Shown one piece after another: positions 1 through 13,679 of a stretch of DNA of 64,000 nt. The DNA is from the human T2T-CHM13v2.0 reference genome, Homo sapiens. The first letter of the stretch is position 1. Each line of letters starts with the position of its first letter. A program made the translations under genes and the position numbers. The notes beneath the pieces are model-generated. The model saw only the letters and a list, made by a program, of their open reading frames with translations, did no database searches and was not told where the DNA came from. The stretch is taken from assembly GCF_009914755.1 (NCBI RefSeq), contig NC_060935.1; one strand, written 5' to 3'.

Positions 1-51
1 GGGATTAAATTATTGACTCTAGAGGCAGCAGTCTTAAATACAAAAGGAGAA

Positions 52-352
52 GGCCGGACACTTGGTTCACGCCTGTAATCCTAGCACTTTGGGAGGCCAA
101 GGCAGGTGGATCACCTGAGGTCAGGAGTTCGAGACCACCCTGGTCAACATGGTGAAACCCCGTCTCTACTAAAAATACAAAAATTAGCTGGGCATGGTGG
201 CACGTGCCTGTAGTCCCAGCTATGTGGGAGGCTGAGGCAGGAGAATTGCTTGAACCTGGGAGGCGGAAGTTCCAGTGAGCCAAGATCACACCATTGCACT
301 CCACCTTGGGCGACACAGCAAGACTCTGTCTCAAAAAAAAAAAAAAAAAAAA
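52..352 (+). mobile_element. Alu (AluS-like), full length
   Basis: GGCCGG..CCTGTAATCC..GGGAGGCC dimer with a poly(A) tail; AAAAGGAGAA repeated on both flanks. Confidence 0.95.
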
Positions 353-2782
353 GGAGAAAAGAAACAAGATGCCATGCCATTTCCTAGGTCATGAACAAAA
401 GATGGAAAGTATCATGTGGAAACTGACTGGTTGTGACTGAATTTTTATAAAAGTGAAACAATTGAAATATAAATAATTGACAATATCTCCGTTCTCCCTG
501 TCAGAAAATTATCTTCATGCAGGGGAAACCAAGACAAAGTTCTTGGTATGTGTAACAACTAGAGTGTTAAGAAAATTGGTTATTATAATTTATTATGGCC
601 TTCCAGTGGATTAAGCATAGACTACTTACAAATTGTCTCTCAATTTGTACAACACTCTTATGAATACAGTTTTATTATTCTCATATTAAGTAGTAACAGC
701 AGAATTTTATCATCATTTAGTAATTTGTCCAAGGTCAGATGATTAGAAATATATGCACCTTTCAAACCCAGAACATCCCTACTCTAATCCATGGTCTTTG
801 TTCAGTACCACACTGCTGTTCCTGTATGTTCTGAGGAGCATTATTACTTAATCAAAAAGATAATTTTCATTGCATTTATTTTAAAGGTGAAGTCAGTAAT
901 TTATTTTATAGTGATCGGTGTTTACTTACGGTGACAAGTACATTCTAACTGAGGTACTATATCTAGTTCCAGATAAATACATATAGGTTGAAAAGGCAAA
1001 TATTAGGGCTCTAGTACTGGCCACTTTGAATAGACGAAGACCTTAGTTCTGGAGCAGTTTTCTAGAGTCACAAGTTGTTCCAGGGACTGACTATACAGGT
1101 ATCTGGTCCTGGTGAAAGTTTCCTGGGAAGGATAGGCTAGCCAGTAAGGAGATGGAAGTCTTTAAGGAGCTTAGTTGTAGTTTCAGTTTTTGTTTTTTCC
1201 TTTGTAAATTAACAATTAGTATGGCCATACTTCTGAGTATCAGCAAGGTGTCAGTCCTGAATATACTGCTCAAGAAAACATACTTTGGATAGAAATACTC
1301 AAATTTTAATAGTAGCTGTTTATTCATGGTGGGATTGTTAGTGACTTTTATTTTCTTCTTTATACTTTTAATTAATTATTTCAACATATATTAATTAAAG
1401 GCCAACTGTATGGCATGCACTCCTCTATCCCTAGATTTCAGAAGTAAATAAGACAAGGTGCTTACTCCTGTTATTTTTGTTGATGTTACATTTTTAATTA
1501 GAAAATATTCAACTGAATTAAAGAAAGTATATCAAATCATTGGATGGTAAGATGAGGAAAAGGCTTGAGAAAAATTAATATTGTGCTTTAAAAGATTATA
1601 TTGCATTTATGAAAAATACATGGCAAAAAGCTGAGTAGTTTATCAAGTGTGGACACCTCCAATATTTTAGCAATTCAATTGAGAGTATTCAATTTGAATA
1701 AATGCTACTGAAATGTCTATTTAATATGCAAATGCCAATACAATATTGAGTGACCACAAGAGTTACCTTTAGAGGGACTCTGCTTCCAAGTTAAGAGTCT
1801 GCTCTGGTCAAGATTGAGTGAGAGTTCTCATTGTAATTTAATAAACATGATGATGCTTACATGTAGCTTCTTATTTCTTCAAGAAATTTGCAAGGCGGGG
1901 GAAAGATGTCAAGTCTGATTTCAGAAATTGTCAAAGACTTTCAATACTTAGGCTTCAAATGCTGGCTTTACAATCTTCTTTCTTATTTAACGTTTTTAGA
2001 GAAATGAAGGAAAGGGAAATTTGAAGTAAAATTAGAGAGAGATTCCATGTCCTTGGACAGAGGAAATTTAACAAGACAAGCAGGTTTTGACCAACCAGTT
2101 CCAGATATTGCGCTGTGTCAAATACAGTTCGGTCCAAATGTTCAAAATCTGCCGCTGCACACATATTTACAGGCTCTTCGTATCAATTAGTCTACTTTGT
2201 GCTCATGTAGAGAACTCCATGCATTACATTTCTATAAGGTGTTAACCAAAAAGACCGAGGAATTTTCCCCAGGCATGGAGATGTACAATGTCCCATATTC
2301 ATGGCACTTTTGCCAAACGCAGAACCTGTTTAGCAAGGTTTCTGTTTCTACCTCATGTGTAGTGGTGTTGCAATAGTGCATTGGGAAAGCACATTATGCT
2401 TGAGGATGATGCTGAAAATAAACCTGGGGAATGGAGGAGTCTTAAGTAGTACTTGGGTGCTGTCCAAACTGGCAATCTGAGTTGTTGCTCTGATAAACTA
2501 TTGTTTCAACTGGGCCTTCTTTTGAGAAGGCTTCAAGTCTTTAACTGTTCTGATGAAAACAATGCTTGGAGTTCCTTTTTTCTCCGTATTCAGACATATT
2601 TAGCTTCATTTGTGTTTGAACTGACCCCTTTCCCTGACCCCTTCTAATCAACCATATTAAAAGTATAGTACCGTGGTTTTCAAAACTTGTTAAGCAATAA
2701 TTATTTTTTCAACTAGAATTGATCTTGATTGTTCAATATATAAAACAGATAAAGAAGGGGCTTCCCTGGTGAGATTCTGTCT

Positions 2783-3108
<326 letters not shown>

Positions 3109-4744
3109 TAATTTGAAAACCTGGAATAATGGAAAGATGACAAGACCAGGAGTTACATTATGACTGGATTCTATTCAATAATTCAGTTCAATTTGATGAA
3201 CATTTATTGAGCATTTTCAGTGTGTCAAGCACTAAAAAAGCTAAGGAAAAAAAGACTAAAAAAACTTCAAGTGTAGTAAAAATCATGTATAAGAACAAGT
3301 GTAATAAGTGATAAAAAAGTGCTGAAGATGCACAAGCTCACTGATATATTTCAACCACCTGGGCCTTGTTTTCTTTAGATTTAAAATAAATAGCTTAGAA
3401 CAAACCACCTGCAGCATCTAACCTCCCTTATATTTGTGACTCTATGATTCTGATAGTCTGTGCTGTGAACTGTAAACTGAGGAAATGGAGCTATAAGAAC
3501 TAAGTGCAGCCTGTTCATCTTTGAAATTTTTTTAAGTTGAGAAGAGGGTGTCACTGCTGTCAGAGAGGCAGGTGTGAAAAGTAAATATAATGTGTAGTTG
3601 CTAAGGAACAGAGTTATGCTTTATTATCTTCAGCTTTTCTGGAATATCCCTTTCACCTCCATGAGTCATGTCAAACCTGGCTTTCCCCTGATAACAAAAA
3701 TGTCCTTCTCCTATGGAGGCCTCTGATCCTCTGACTCCATCTCCAAACCAGTTTCACAGGACCAAAGAAAGGAGCTGATAAACTTTCCAGAGTGGTTAAA
3801 AAGAACATAGGCAGCACACATTTCTTTGTACAATGTCTACTATGAACAAAGTGAAAATGCTCCCTAATCCACTTCCCACAAACAATTAGTGCTAATGCTT
3901 TGAGAGAGAGAGATATATCATATATATATAGGCATTATTTATATATCTAGATTTGTCAGTCTACCTACCTATATATATAAGCCTTCCCTATACCTATATC
4001 TGATTTGGTATTTCATTCTTTATAAATTTAATGACTTTCATTTTATACACTTTCATTTTTAAGTATCTTTATTTTAATATTTAACAAGTTTAATACACTC
4101 CCTCCCCTCCTCACCATCCCTCTGTTGCCATCTTTATTTTGAGCCATTATTCCTTTGCTCTTATATATCAGATTTCTGTGCTTTGAACCCCATGCTATTT
4201 CATTTCTGCTGTTTTTTCTACATCCCTATCTACCTATCTCCAGGATACTTCTTTATTGATGACACTCAAAGCGTGTTCTCAGATTTTCATTCCCACCTAT
4301 CAGAACCTATTTCATGTCTATCCAGGGAAGCATTGTATGGTAGACAGAGTATGAGTATTAGAATTAGGATGACTTTGGTTCCTATCATCCATGTGACTTC
4401 AGCAAGTCACTTAACCTCTCAGTACTCCAAATTTCTCATATGTTAAACTGAAGGTTAATAACAATAGCCATTTTATGAAACATTTCATGTACACCTCGTA
4501 CATGTAGTTCCCGTTCAGATTTTTATTGACTGTTAAGAGAATGGGTGTTATAGATGTTAGAAGTAATTTATCTAAAGTGATTATTAAAATACTTTATAAA
4601 TAATTGGAAGTCAAAACAAAATGACAGCATTATTTCTCCTGGCTTGACCTTATAGTTTTTGTATTGAGGTTCTACCACCTCAGTAACCATGACTTTGACT
4701 GCTCTTCTACCTCTTCCATCAGCACAACTGCTTATTCTCTAGGC

Positions 4745-4880
4745 TACTCTGATCAACCCTGGCTGCACATTGGAAGTCTTTGGGAGCTTTAAAAAGTACT
4801 GATGATGGGGTATTGTTCCTGGAGATTTTGACTTAATTGGTCTAAAGTGTATCTTGAGCATTGAAATTTTTTGAAGCTGT
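4745..4880. mobile_element. MER5-like hAT-Charlie DNA transposon relic
   Basis: CAACCCTGGCTGCACATTGGAA..GGGAGCTTTAAAAA..TAATTGGTCT motifs typical of MER5A. Confidence 0.6.
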
Positions 4881-4991
4881 AAAATATTCAAATATGTAAA
4901 TCCCCCTGATTCAGTTAGTTTGTCAGTTCTTCCAACTGCTCAGTTCTCACCCCTGATTTTATCTGGGGCTGTCGTTAATGCTCCTGTATTC

Positions 4992-5435
<444 letters not shown>

Positions 5436-6308
5436 TCTAATGCTCCTGTATTCTTTTAATCTGCTGCTTGCTTCAGAGACCACCTGATCCAGCCAGGAGC
5501 CCAGAGTTAACTATGCATGCCAAACTTTTCACCAGAAATTATAATAAAATGGATTATAAGATACTTTATTCAAAGTCATAGATTCGTAGAGTTTTTCACA
5601 GATTTCTGTTTCCTCTTGAAATTCCCATGTCCATTACTCAGTTTTGATCAAGATGGCAGCTCAACCCCTTTTCTCATCCTCTTTTCCTCTGCTATCAAGG
5701 ATGAGATTAAATTCATGTAATCCTTCTGAGAGAACAGTCACTGAATTGAGACCCTAACAATTTTTGCCCTCCATCTCACATTTCCATCAGTTGGAACCCA
5801 CTATTTATGCCAGAGTAGACAAAATGTGAGGCAGTGAGTCAAATCTGGCGGATGACTTAGGGCAGTGTAGAGCTTTATTTCATCATGTATGATTGAAATT
5901 TGGGTGTGTCTAGATGAACTAAGCACATTTTATGTTTAGGGTCGGCCCCAGCCTTTCCTCCTATGTTTATACAAAGCCACATCCATTTACATACCTGAGA
6001 GAACCTTGAGATCACCTAAGCTGGGTGCTTCTGCTTCATCTGTTTGCTTAGATCTTGGCATAAATAGAAGCCCTTTCTCCTTTCCAAGGCTGGTTAATGC
6101 AACTGTTCTAGAGAACTGTACAGACATTTTTATTGTTCAGCCTACCCTTCAAATCCAAGCTGGTTGCCTGTGTTCATAACTTAGGTTTGCAACCACCCTG
6201 GAACTGACTGTGGAATGGCATATGGTCATCCCATCTCCCTGCTTTCTTTTCAGCCCCTCACTGCAAGATAGGTCCCACTACTGCTAAGCACGAGAGTTAA
6301 AAAGGTTG

Positions 6309-6589
6309 GGGCCAGGTGCGGTGGCTCACACCTGCAATCCTAGCACTTTGGGAAGCCAAGGCAGGAGGATTGCCTGAGCTCAGGAGTTCAAAACCAGACT
6401 GGACAACTTGGTGAAACCCTGTCTCAACTAAAATTAAAAAAATCAGTGGACATGGTGGTGTGCACCTCTAGTCTCAGCTACTCAGGAGGCTGAGGCAAGA
6501 GAATCACTTGAACCCAAGAGGCAGAGGTTGCAGTGAGCCGAGATCATGGGTGACAAAGTGAAACTCTGTCTCAAAAAAAAAAAAAAAAA
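6309..6589 (+). mobile_element. Alu
   Basis: GGCCAGGTGCGGTGGCTCAC..CTCAAAAAAA. Confidence 0.93.
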
Positions 6590-7739
6590 GTACTTAAAAA
6601 GGTTCGGAAAGCAAAGAGGGTTTTCATTAGAATCAAGTCATATAATCTTTTTAATCACTTATTATTTAAAAAATTATTTTCTGTAATTTTTAGGTATAAT
6701 TTGCATAAGAGTGAAATCCACAGATTCTAAGAACAGTATGGTCACTTCTGAAAAATAAATGAACTTGTATAACCACCGTCACCCCTGTTAAAACATAGAT
6801 TACAATGCCTCAAGAGTTCTTGAGCCTCTTGCCTGTCAACCACTGTTTTAACTTTCAAAGTTAGCTATTTGTATTATTAATTGTATCTTTACTAATAATT
6901 TTAGTAGGGATTAGTAAATAACAATTTATTTCAATTAGTGTTTTGCATACTCAATTTTTCTGTATACCCTTTTTCTAATTAACAATTTTAAAAAGTGAGA
7001 ATGTGGATTACCTGAAAGTTGAGATAAATAAGCCATTAATAAAATACATATATCTCCAGCTGAGCATGGATTTTTAACAAAGGTTACCTCAATATTAAAA
7101 TTGAAAGTGGACACCCTACTTTCTGAGAAAGATTCAATATATTTTCTGTAATGCTATTACCTTCAAGCTAAAATTGCACCAAATTCAAGATTACCTTTAT
7201 TTTTTATATTTTGTGAAAGATGTTTTTTGCTCAAGTATATGCTGGAAATATAAATTAAGAAGAAAGCATGTGACAGACACATTTAAACTTTAAGCCTTGA
7301 CAGAGACCAATGATAATTAGGATTTGATTGAGCATTCTAAATGTTGTACACTACATTAAAAACCTTAAGTCCCAGCCTAGGAATCACTGTATGTTGTACT
7401 TGCTTACTTAATATTGTACCTTTTTTTCAGTTTTTGCTTTTCTTTGTAGCTCTTCTCCTATTTACTTCCTCTATATTCCACTTTCCTCTTAAGTTTTAAA
7501 TGTTTCATTTGGTAACAGTGATTCTGGTCTGCTATTTGAAAGCAGATCCAGTGCTTGGAGATTCTAATTTTTCCTGCAGACAATAATTTTCGGCTGTTTT
7601 GCTTCTTTTAGTCGTTTGTACTCTTTTAAAACTGCTGAAAATCAGTAGAGAGTAATGACTTATGGTAGTCCTGGGGAAAAAACAAAAATCAGAACACCAA
7701 CCAACCAACCAACAAAAACCAGCCTGAGGAATGTACCAG

Positions 7740-7950
7740 CCAGGCATTGTGGGTGGAGAGTAACTAGCAAGAGTTTTGGTCCTGGCTCTGCCATTTATTG
7801 TCTGTGTCACAGCCAATTAGCATCTTTGCTTCCAAAATCCACATGATGATAACATTTGCCATATCTCTTTGTAAATGTTAAGAGAGTGACAATGAATTTA
7901 AAACATATGTGAGAGAGGGCTTTGTAAATGTCATAAAAGGTAAGAAAATG
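7740..7950 (+). mobile_element. MIR fragment
   Basis: Degenerate TCCTGGCTCTGCCATTTA..TGTGT core. Confidence 0.5.
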
Positions 7951-8060
7951 CAACTATGAACATTGTATTTTTTTTCTAACCAATACTGGTGCTGATTTTT
8001 AGTTACAAAGAAAGAAGGAGAAAAAACCTCAGTACCCCAATTTTCTTTTTTTTTTTTTTT

Positions 8061-8560
8061 AGTTTCTACAAATAATTTATTGGAATATAATTTGCACCCA
8101 TTTAAAGTGTCCAATTCAATGGTTTTTTTTGATATTCACAGAGCCGCACAACCCTCACTACAATCAATGTTTGACCATTTTCATTACCCCAGAAGAAAGC
8201 AGGTCCCTGTTAACAGTCACTCCCTATTTTCCCCCAAAAGTCCCTGCCCCTGGCCACCACCAATCTATTTCCTGACTGTGGATTTGCCTACCTTGGGCAT
8301 TTCATGTAAGCAGATCACACAATATGTGAGCAGATCATACATGAGCAGACCATACAATACATGATCCTTCCTGTCCGGCTCCTCTCACTTAGCCCTGTGT
8401 TTTCAAGGTCCTTCTATGCTGTAGTAAACATCCGTGCATCATTCCATGCATGGGTGCATACTTCATTTCTTTCTATTGCTGAATAACATTCCATTGTAGG
8501 GATACGCAATCTGTATTTCTCTATTCACCAGTTGCTTCAACATTTGGTTTCTACTGATCT
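8061..8560 (-). mobile_element. Old L1M (L1MB-like) 3' end
   Basis: TTTATTGGAATATAATT..CCCATTTAAAGTGT..CAATTCAATGG..GCTGAATAACATTCCATTGTA matches the reverse complement of an L1M 3' UTR. Confidence 0.8.
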
Positions 8561-8869
8561 GATTTTCCCCCAATCCAGTTTTCACCACACACAGAACCAA
8601 AGGATTGTGTAAGAGAAGCTGATAAGAGGATCTATAGAGAGCTCGTGACATTTCTGACCTTCTCCAAGGTTAGAAACCAACAGGGATAACATCTCTGCCC
8701 TTTACCCTCTAAGAGAATAGATGATGCTTTGAGGGTTAAAGGATACAACGTTTAGAACCTCTCCCTGATGAAACAAACAAACAAACCCAGATGTCTGCTT
8801 AGTAGCAAAAGAAAGAGAATAGGAGGTAGGAGTTGCCGTAAAGTAGAATAAAGGGAAAAAGAGAAACTC

Positions 8870-9062
8870 ATATTTGTCAAGTATATTATTGCCAGTATCA
8901 GGCCTTTTATGGCGATTATTCCTTTTAATTCTCATAAATACTCAACAACTTATATGATGTGATATTTACTGCTTTCATTTTATAAATTAAAAAATTGAGG
9001 CCTAAGGAGTGTTAGTTGTTTGCCACACACAGGCAGCTACAAAGCAGTTGGGCTTATCCAGC
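8870..9062 (-). mobile_element. MIR fragment abutting the HERV-W LTR end
   Basis: TTTAATTCTCAT..CATTTTATAAATTAAAAAATTGAGGC..CACAGGCAGCT resembles the MIR core. Confidence 0.55.
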
Positions 9063-9838
9063 TGTTACCAGCAGGTCTTTGTTCTTAGAGCTCCCAAGAT
9101 GGTGGCAGGCCACTCCCAAGATGGGGTGGGCTGCTCCCAAGATGGCGGCAAGACTTTTGTTCTCTGACCTGGGGTTCTTGGCCTCACGGATTCCAAGGAA
9201 TGGAACCTTGGGCCCTGTGGTGAGTGCTATAGCTCTGTTAGAAGCCGTGGGTCATGGAAGAGAACTGTGGAACCCAGTGACTAGTGTTCAGCTCAATTAG
9301 GACGAACCCGAGCACTTAGCCATGTGGGAACAATGACAAGCCTCTAGCTGGATCCAGAGCGGCAAAGGGCGCCTCGCTGGATCAGGAGCACAGCGGACAC
9401 CCTGCTGGATCCGGAGGGGTGGAAGTCAGTGGCGGGTCTGCAAATGGCAGTGGTGGACGGCAAGCGAAAGCTCAGCTTGAGCCGTAACAAACACGGACCA
9501 GAAGAGTGTGCAGCTGCAAGATTTAGTAGAGTGAAAACAGAGCTCCCATACAATGGGAGGGGACCCAAAGGGGGTTGCCCACTCCCGTCTCGAATGCCTA
9601 GGGTTTATATCCCGAATATTGTCCCTCCCCCACGCTCTCAGGCAATATATGATTTGACTATTTCTTTACCTCCTGCTTTTAGCCTAATTGGTATTTTAGT
9701 GAGTCCTCTTTACTACCTAATTGGTTGGGTGTGAGGTGAGTTACAAGCCCCGTGTTTAAAGGTAGGTGCGGTCCCCTTCCCCAGCTAGGCTTAGGAATTC
9801 TTAGTCAGCCTAGGAAATCCAGCTAGTACTGCCTCTCA
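9063..9838 (-). mobile_element. 3' LTR17, complete U3-R-U5
   Basis: Starts TGAGAGGCAGTACTAGCTGGATTTCCTAGG right after the polypurine tract and ends GGTAACA; CCAAT at 9720-9724 and 9687-9691, TATAAA at 9604-9609; poly(A) signal reads ACTAAA at 9522-9527. Confidence 0.95.
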
Positions 9839-9852
9839 GTCCCCACTCTCAA
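9839..9852 (-). other. HERV-W polypurine tract
   Basis: GAGAGTGGGGAC immediately upstream of the 3' LTR TG. Confidence 0.8.
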
Positions 9853-9899
9853 CAGGAAAACTCAAGTGATGTTGGGGAGGTTGGCCAACGACCACTCTT

Positions 9900-10364
9900 A
9901 ACTGCTTCCTGCTGAATTGGGGCGTAGTAGGGGTCGTGCAGTTGAGATTTCCTCGGGAGGGGTGCCTTTGATGTCATTAACATCAGAGCATGGGCTAGCA
10001 GGCTGGTCCAGGGGTCTGCAGTAGATCTTAGTCATGGACTGCATCTGGGGCTCCATTTGAAGAACGATTTGTAGTTTTACAACTTCGATTCTGGAAGAGA
10101 CATACTTAACAAGGAGGTTAAAGATACAGGGATTGAAATGTATGGCCTGAAGTGCAGGGGTATATGGTTGTGGGTGGTGAAAGTGGGGTCTCCTTTAGAA
10201 AAACCCCTATACGATGGGACATCAATATTTCTGGGAAGCCACATTCTCCATAGAACCTCTTGGTAAGAGGAGCTACTGGTAGTACAGCAGCATGGAGGAA
10301 GTGAAGTGAGAGTGAAAGGGGGTAAGAGAACAGTAAAAAGAAAAATGTGACAAAGGAGGGCCAT
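9900..10364 (-). pseudogene. HERV-W env remnant (syncytin-1 paralogue) with large internal deletions
   Basis: Signal peptide region MALLCHIFLFTVLLPPFTLT.., a retained LHFRPYISIP island, then the TM cytoplasmic tail (CIFNLLV..KLQIVLQMEPQMQS) in another frame. Confidence 0.9.
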
Positions 10365-10391
10365 GGGGATCCACGATTCTAGTTACTTTCC

Positions 10392-11889
10392 TCATGGTTG
10401 TCGCTTGAAGAGCAGGTGCAGATCCTCTAGAGGTTCACAGGAATACCCAGCATTGTCTCCTGGATTTTCGGGCTCCTTTGGCAGTATCCAGGGTTTGACT
10501 TGAGCGTGATGTATCCAAGACTCCACTCCAGCCACTTTAACCATGGTTGGGGTAGATAAAATGACTGGGTAGGGTCCTTCCCAGGATGTATCTAGGGATG
10601 GGGAATTAGAGGGAAGGGACTTGACTAATACCATGTCACCAGGGTGGAATAATTCCTTTCCCTCCTCTCAGGGACAGGTTCCCTGTAATGTTTTAAGAAC
10701 TTGTTGACATTTAGCTAAGGAGGTGATGTCTTCAATTAAGTTGGCTCTCTCTCGGTCAAACACAAGGTCATTGGTTAGGAAGGGCCATCCATACAGCATC
10801 TTGTATGGACTAAGTCACACTTTTGGGAGAGAGTTACGGATTCTTAGTAAGGCTATAGGCCACAGAGCAGGCCATGCGAGGTGGGTTTCTTAGGTTAGCT
10901 TTTTTAGATGTTGTTTGAGTGTTTCTTTCATTTTCTCGGCTTTTCCTGAGGATTGTGGCCTCCAGGTGCAGTGTAAGTGATATTGTATGCCTAACACCTG
11001 GGATACTCCCTGGGTTACTGAAGCCTTGAAAGCGGCGCCATTGACACTCTGTAAGCCTTGGGGAAGTATGAATCTGGGAATTATTTCATGAATTAGTGCC
11101 TTTATTACCTCTTGGGCCTTTTCTGTCCTACAAGGGAAGGCCTCTGCCCAACCAGTGAAAGTATCTACCCAGACTAGTAGATACTGAAATCCCTGAGATT
11201 TGGGCATGTGGGTAAAATCTAGTTGCCAGTCTTCTCCTGGGTAATGGCCTGTTCTTTGTTCTCCTGAAGGAGCTTGGTGATAAGGCAGGGGATTATTTCT
11301 TTGGCACACTTCACAGGCCCTGACTATCTGCTTGATAGTTTTGAAAAGGCCTGGTCCAGTAAATAATGTTTTGGCCATCTGATGGGTGCTATCAATGCCT
11401 AAGTGAAAGGTTTGGTGAAGGTTTTTAAGTAATTTCCGTTGGTTAGCTGCAGGCAAAAGTATTTTTCCTTCTTAATGGGCTAGCCATCCTGAGGGGAGGA
11501 AACTATGTCCTCTCGTGAGTTTCCCCATTCTGTTTCTTTTGCTGAGTACTGGGGCTTGGTTTCCCGGAGGGGATTACTCCATATGAGGGGTCCTTCTATA
11601 AGCATTTCTAATGGAGGGTACCGCCTTACAGTTCTTTTGTCTTCAATATCTGCTTGGTGGTTCCCTTCTATTTCCCTTTCCTTTCCTTTCTGATGACCCT
11701 GGAAGTGTAAGACTGCCACCTCTTTAGGTTTCTGTACAGCCAATAATAGTCTCCTAATGGCTTCCTGATGTTTGATAGATGTTCCCTCGGAAGTTAGGAA
11801 TTCCCTTTCTCTCCATATTGCTGCGTGGGCATAGGGGACTAGGTAAGCATACTTAGAGTCTGTATACATATTTACCCTTTTTCCTTCTC
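10392..11889 (-). pseudogene. HERV-W pol remnant: RNase H and integrase
   Basis: YTDSKYA (RNase H); HQTFH..CEVC zinc finger, WQLDFTHM core and WEGPYPVILSTPT C-terminus (integrase); frameshifted. Confidence 0.93.
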
Positions 11890-12162
11890 CTAATTCAAGT
11901 GTATAATGGCCCCTGCTTTTGCTAGGATGTCTCTCTCTAACAAAGGAGTGGGGCTTTCAGGCATAATTAGAAAGGCATGTGAAAAGAGTAAAGTTCCCCA
12001 GTCACAACTTAGTGTCTGGGAGAAGTATCTAGTGATTGCCTGTCCTAGGACCCCTTGGATAGTGACAGATCTGGAGGACAGATGTCCGGGGCAGGACAGT
12101 AAGACTAAGAAGGCCGCGCCAGTGTCCTGGGGACAGTTAAACTCCTGGCCCTCAATGGTCAA
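11890..12162 (-). pseudogene. HERV-W protease remnant
   Basis: DTGA active-site motif and PTPLLERDIL (LLGRD motif mutated). Confidence 0.9.
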
Positions 12163-12236
12163 GCATACCCGGGGCTCTGTGAGGGTGATGGCATGGGCTG
12201 GCGCTTGCCCCGGGCACCCTCAGTCCTGCTGCTGGA

Positions 12237-13679
12237 TCATCTGGTTAGTGGCTTCTGACCCAGAGGACCTTCATTCCCTGGGGAAGTGGGCCTTCCAGTG
12301 ATTCCCTTCACATAAGGGGCATGGACAAGGAGGTGGCTTATTTCTATTTGGACAATCTTTTTTAAAGTGTCCGTGTAGACCGCAGTGGAAGCAAGCCCTA
12401 TTAGACATGTGATTTGCCCAGCCTTTCCCTGTTCCAGAGCCTCCAAAGTCCGCTTGCTGAGGGCCATGACTAAAGCGGTGGCCTTCTTTTTATCCTGTTC
12501 GTCCCGTTCCGCCTGCTCTTCCTGATCTCTATTATAAAAAACCAAGGTTACCAAGTTAAATAGGGTTTCTAAGTTTTGCTCGGGGCCTAAGGCAGACTTT
12601 TGAAGTTTTTTTCTAATGTCTGCAGCTGACTGAGTGATAAGCTTATCCTTTAAGATTACCTGGCCGTCAATAGAGTCAGGTGACAGAGAGGTATGCTTCC
12701 CCAATGCCTCCCTTAGTCTCTCCAGGAAGGCAGTAGGATTTTCTTCCTTTCCCTGTGTTATAGTGGACATCATTGAATAATTCAAAGCCTTCTTCCTAGT
12801 TTTCCTTAGTCCTTCTAGCATGCAAGTTAGCAAATGTCTGCGGCACCAATCTCCATCTTCTGATTTTGCGTCCCAATGAGGGTCTACACTGGGAACTGCC
12901 TGCTGGCCTGTGGGGAATCATTCTCTTTCCTCTGTTGTCATCCTATCATTGAACTGACTGAGACGCCAGAGATCACCAAACTCTCGGGCTGCAGCTATGG
13001 CGGCACTTCTCTCATTTGGGGTTAGTGCCTGATTTAGCAGTAACATTATATCTCTCCATGTCAGATCAAAGGATTGTCCTAACCCTTGTAAAACATCAAT
13101 ATAGCCATCAAGGTTATCTGAGAATTCACCTAGGTCTATTTTAATTTGCTTCAAGTCTGAGAGGGAAAAAGGTACATGCACTCTGACTGGGCCAAATTCT
13201 CCTCCTCCCACCACTTGGAGGGGGCGTAATCGGGTAATACTGGCACTCTTGGGTTCATTGTTTACCCCTTTGTCTATCTCTTTTTGGACTGTTTGGGTTG
13301 AAGGGGGGTCTTTATTAGTTGGGGAAGGAGCTGGGAGAACACCAGGGCAGGGAGGTAGACTCTGAGGGCTTCCTGTAGGGCATAAATTACACTTTTTACA
13401 TAATTGAGAGTTTTCTCTTAATGAAAAGAAAGTTTGCACATATGGCACTTCACTCTATTTGCCCTCCTTTCTACAAAGGAGATCTAGCTGTAAGATGATG
13501 TTATAATATATACTTCCCTCAGGGGGCCAGGTTTCTCCCCCTTGAAGAGTATATTGTGGCCTGGCGGGACTGCAGAAGAATATAAGTTGTTTCTTTCTTA
13601 GCGTGTGAGGGTCAAATTGGTCCCAATTCTCCAGAATACATCTTAGGGGCATTTTTGCCTTGGGGGGAATGTTTCCCAT
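12237..13679 (-). pseudogene. HERV-W gag remnant
   Basis: MGNIPPKAKMPLRCILENW.., VPFSLSDLKQIK, major homology region QGKEENPTAFLERLREAL; several stops and frameshifts. Confidence 0.93.

Noticed and set aside
5-380. Alu-derived ORFs here and at many other positions ([14 protein letters not shown]-type peptides)
   Set aside because: Standard antisense Alu translations, not genes.
624-800. Minus-strand GTAAGT donor at 624-629 as another antisense exon
   Set aside because: It lies in MIR-like degenerate sequence with no convincing acceptor or reading frame.
9091-9145. Triple CTCCCAAGATGG repeat in U5
   Set aside because: Present in both LTRs and, as recalled, a normal LTR17 feature.
10890-11456. 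188-aa integrase ORF as a functional or domesticated gene
   Set aside because: Truncated, flanked by frameshifts and stops, and the second catalytic Asp appears lost (QSVNG instead of QSDNG).
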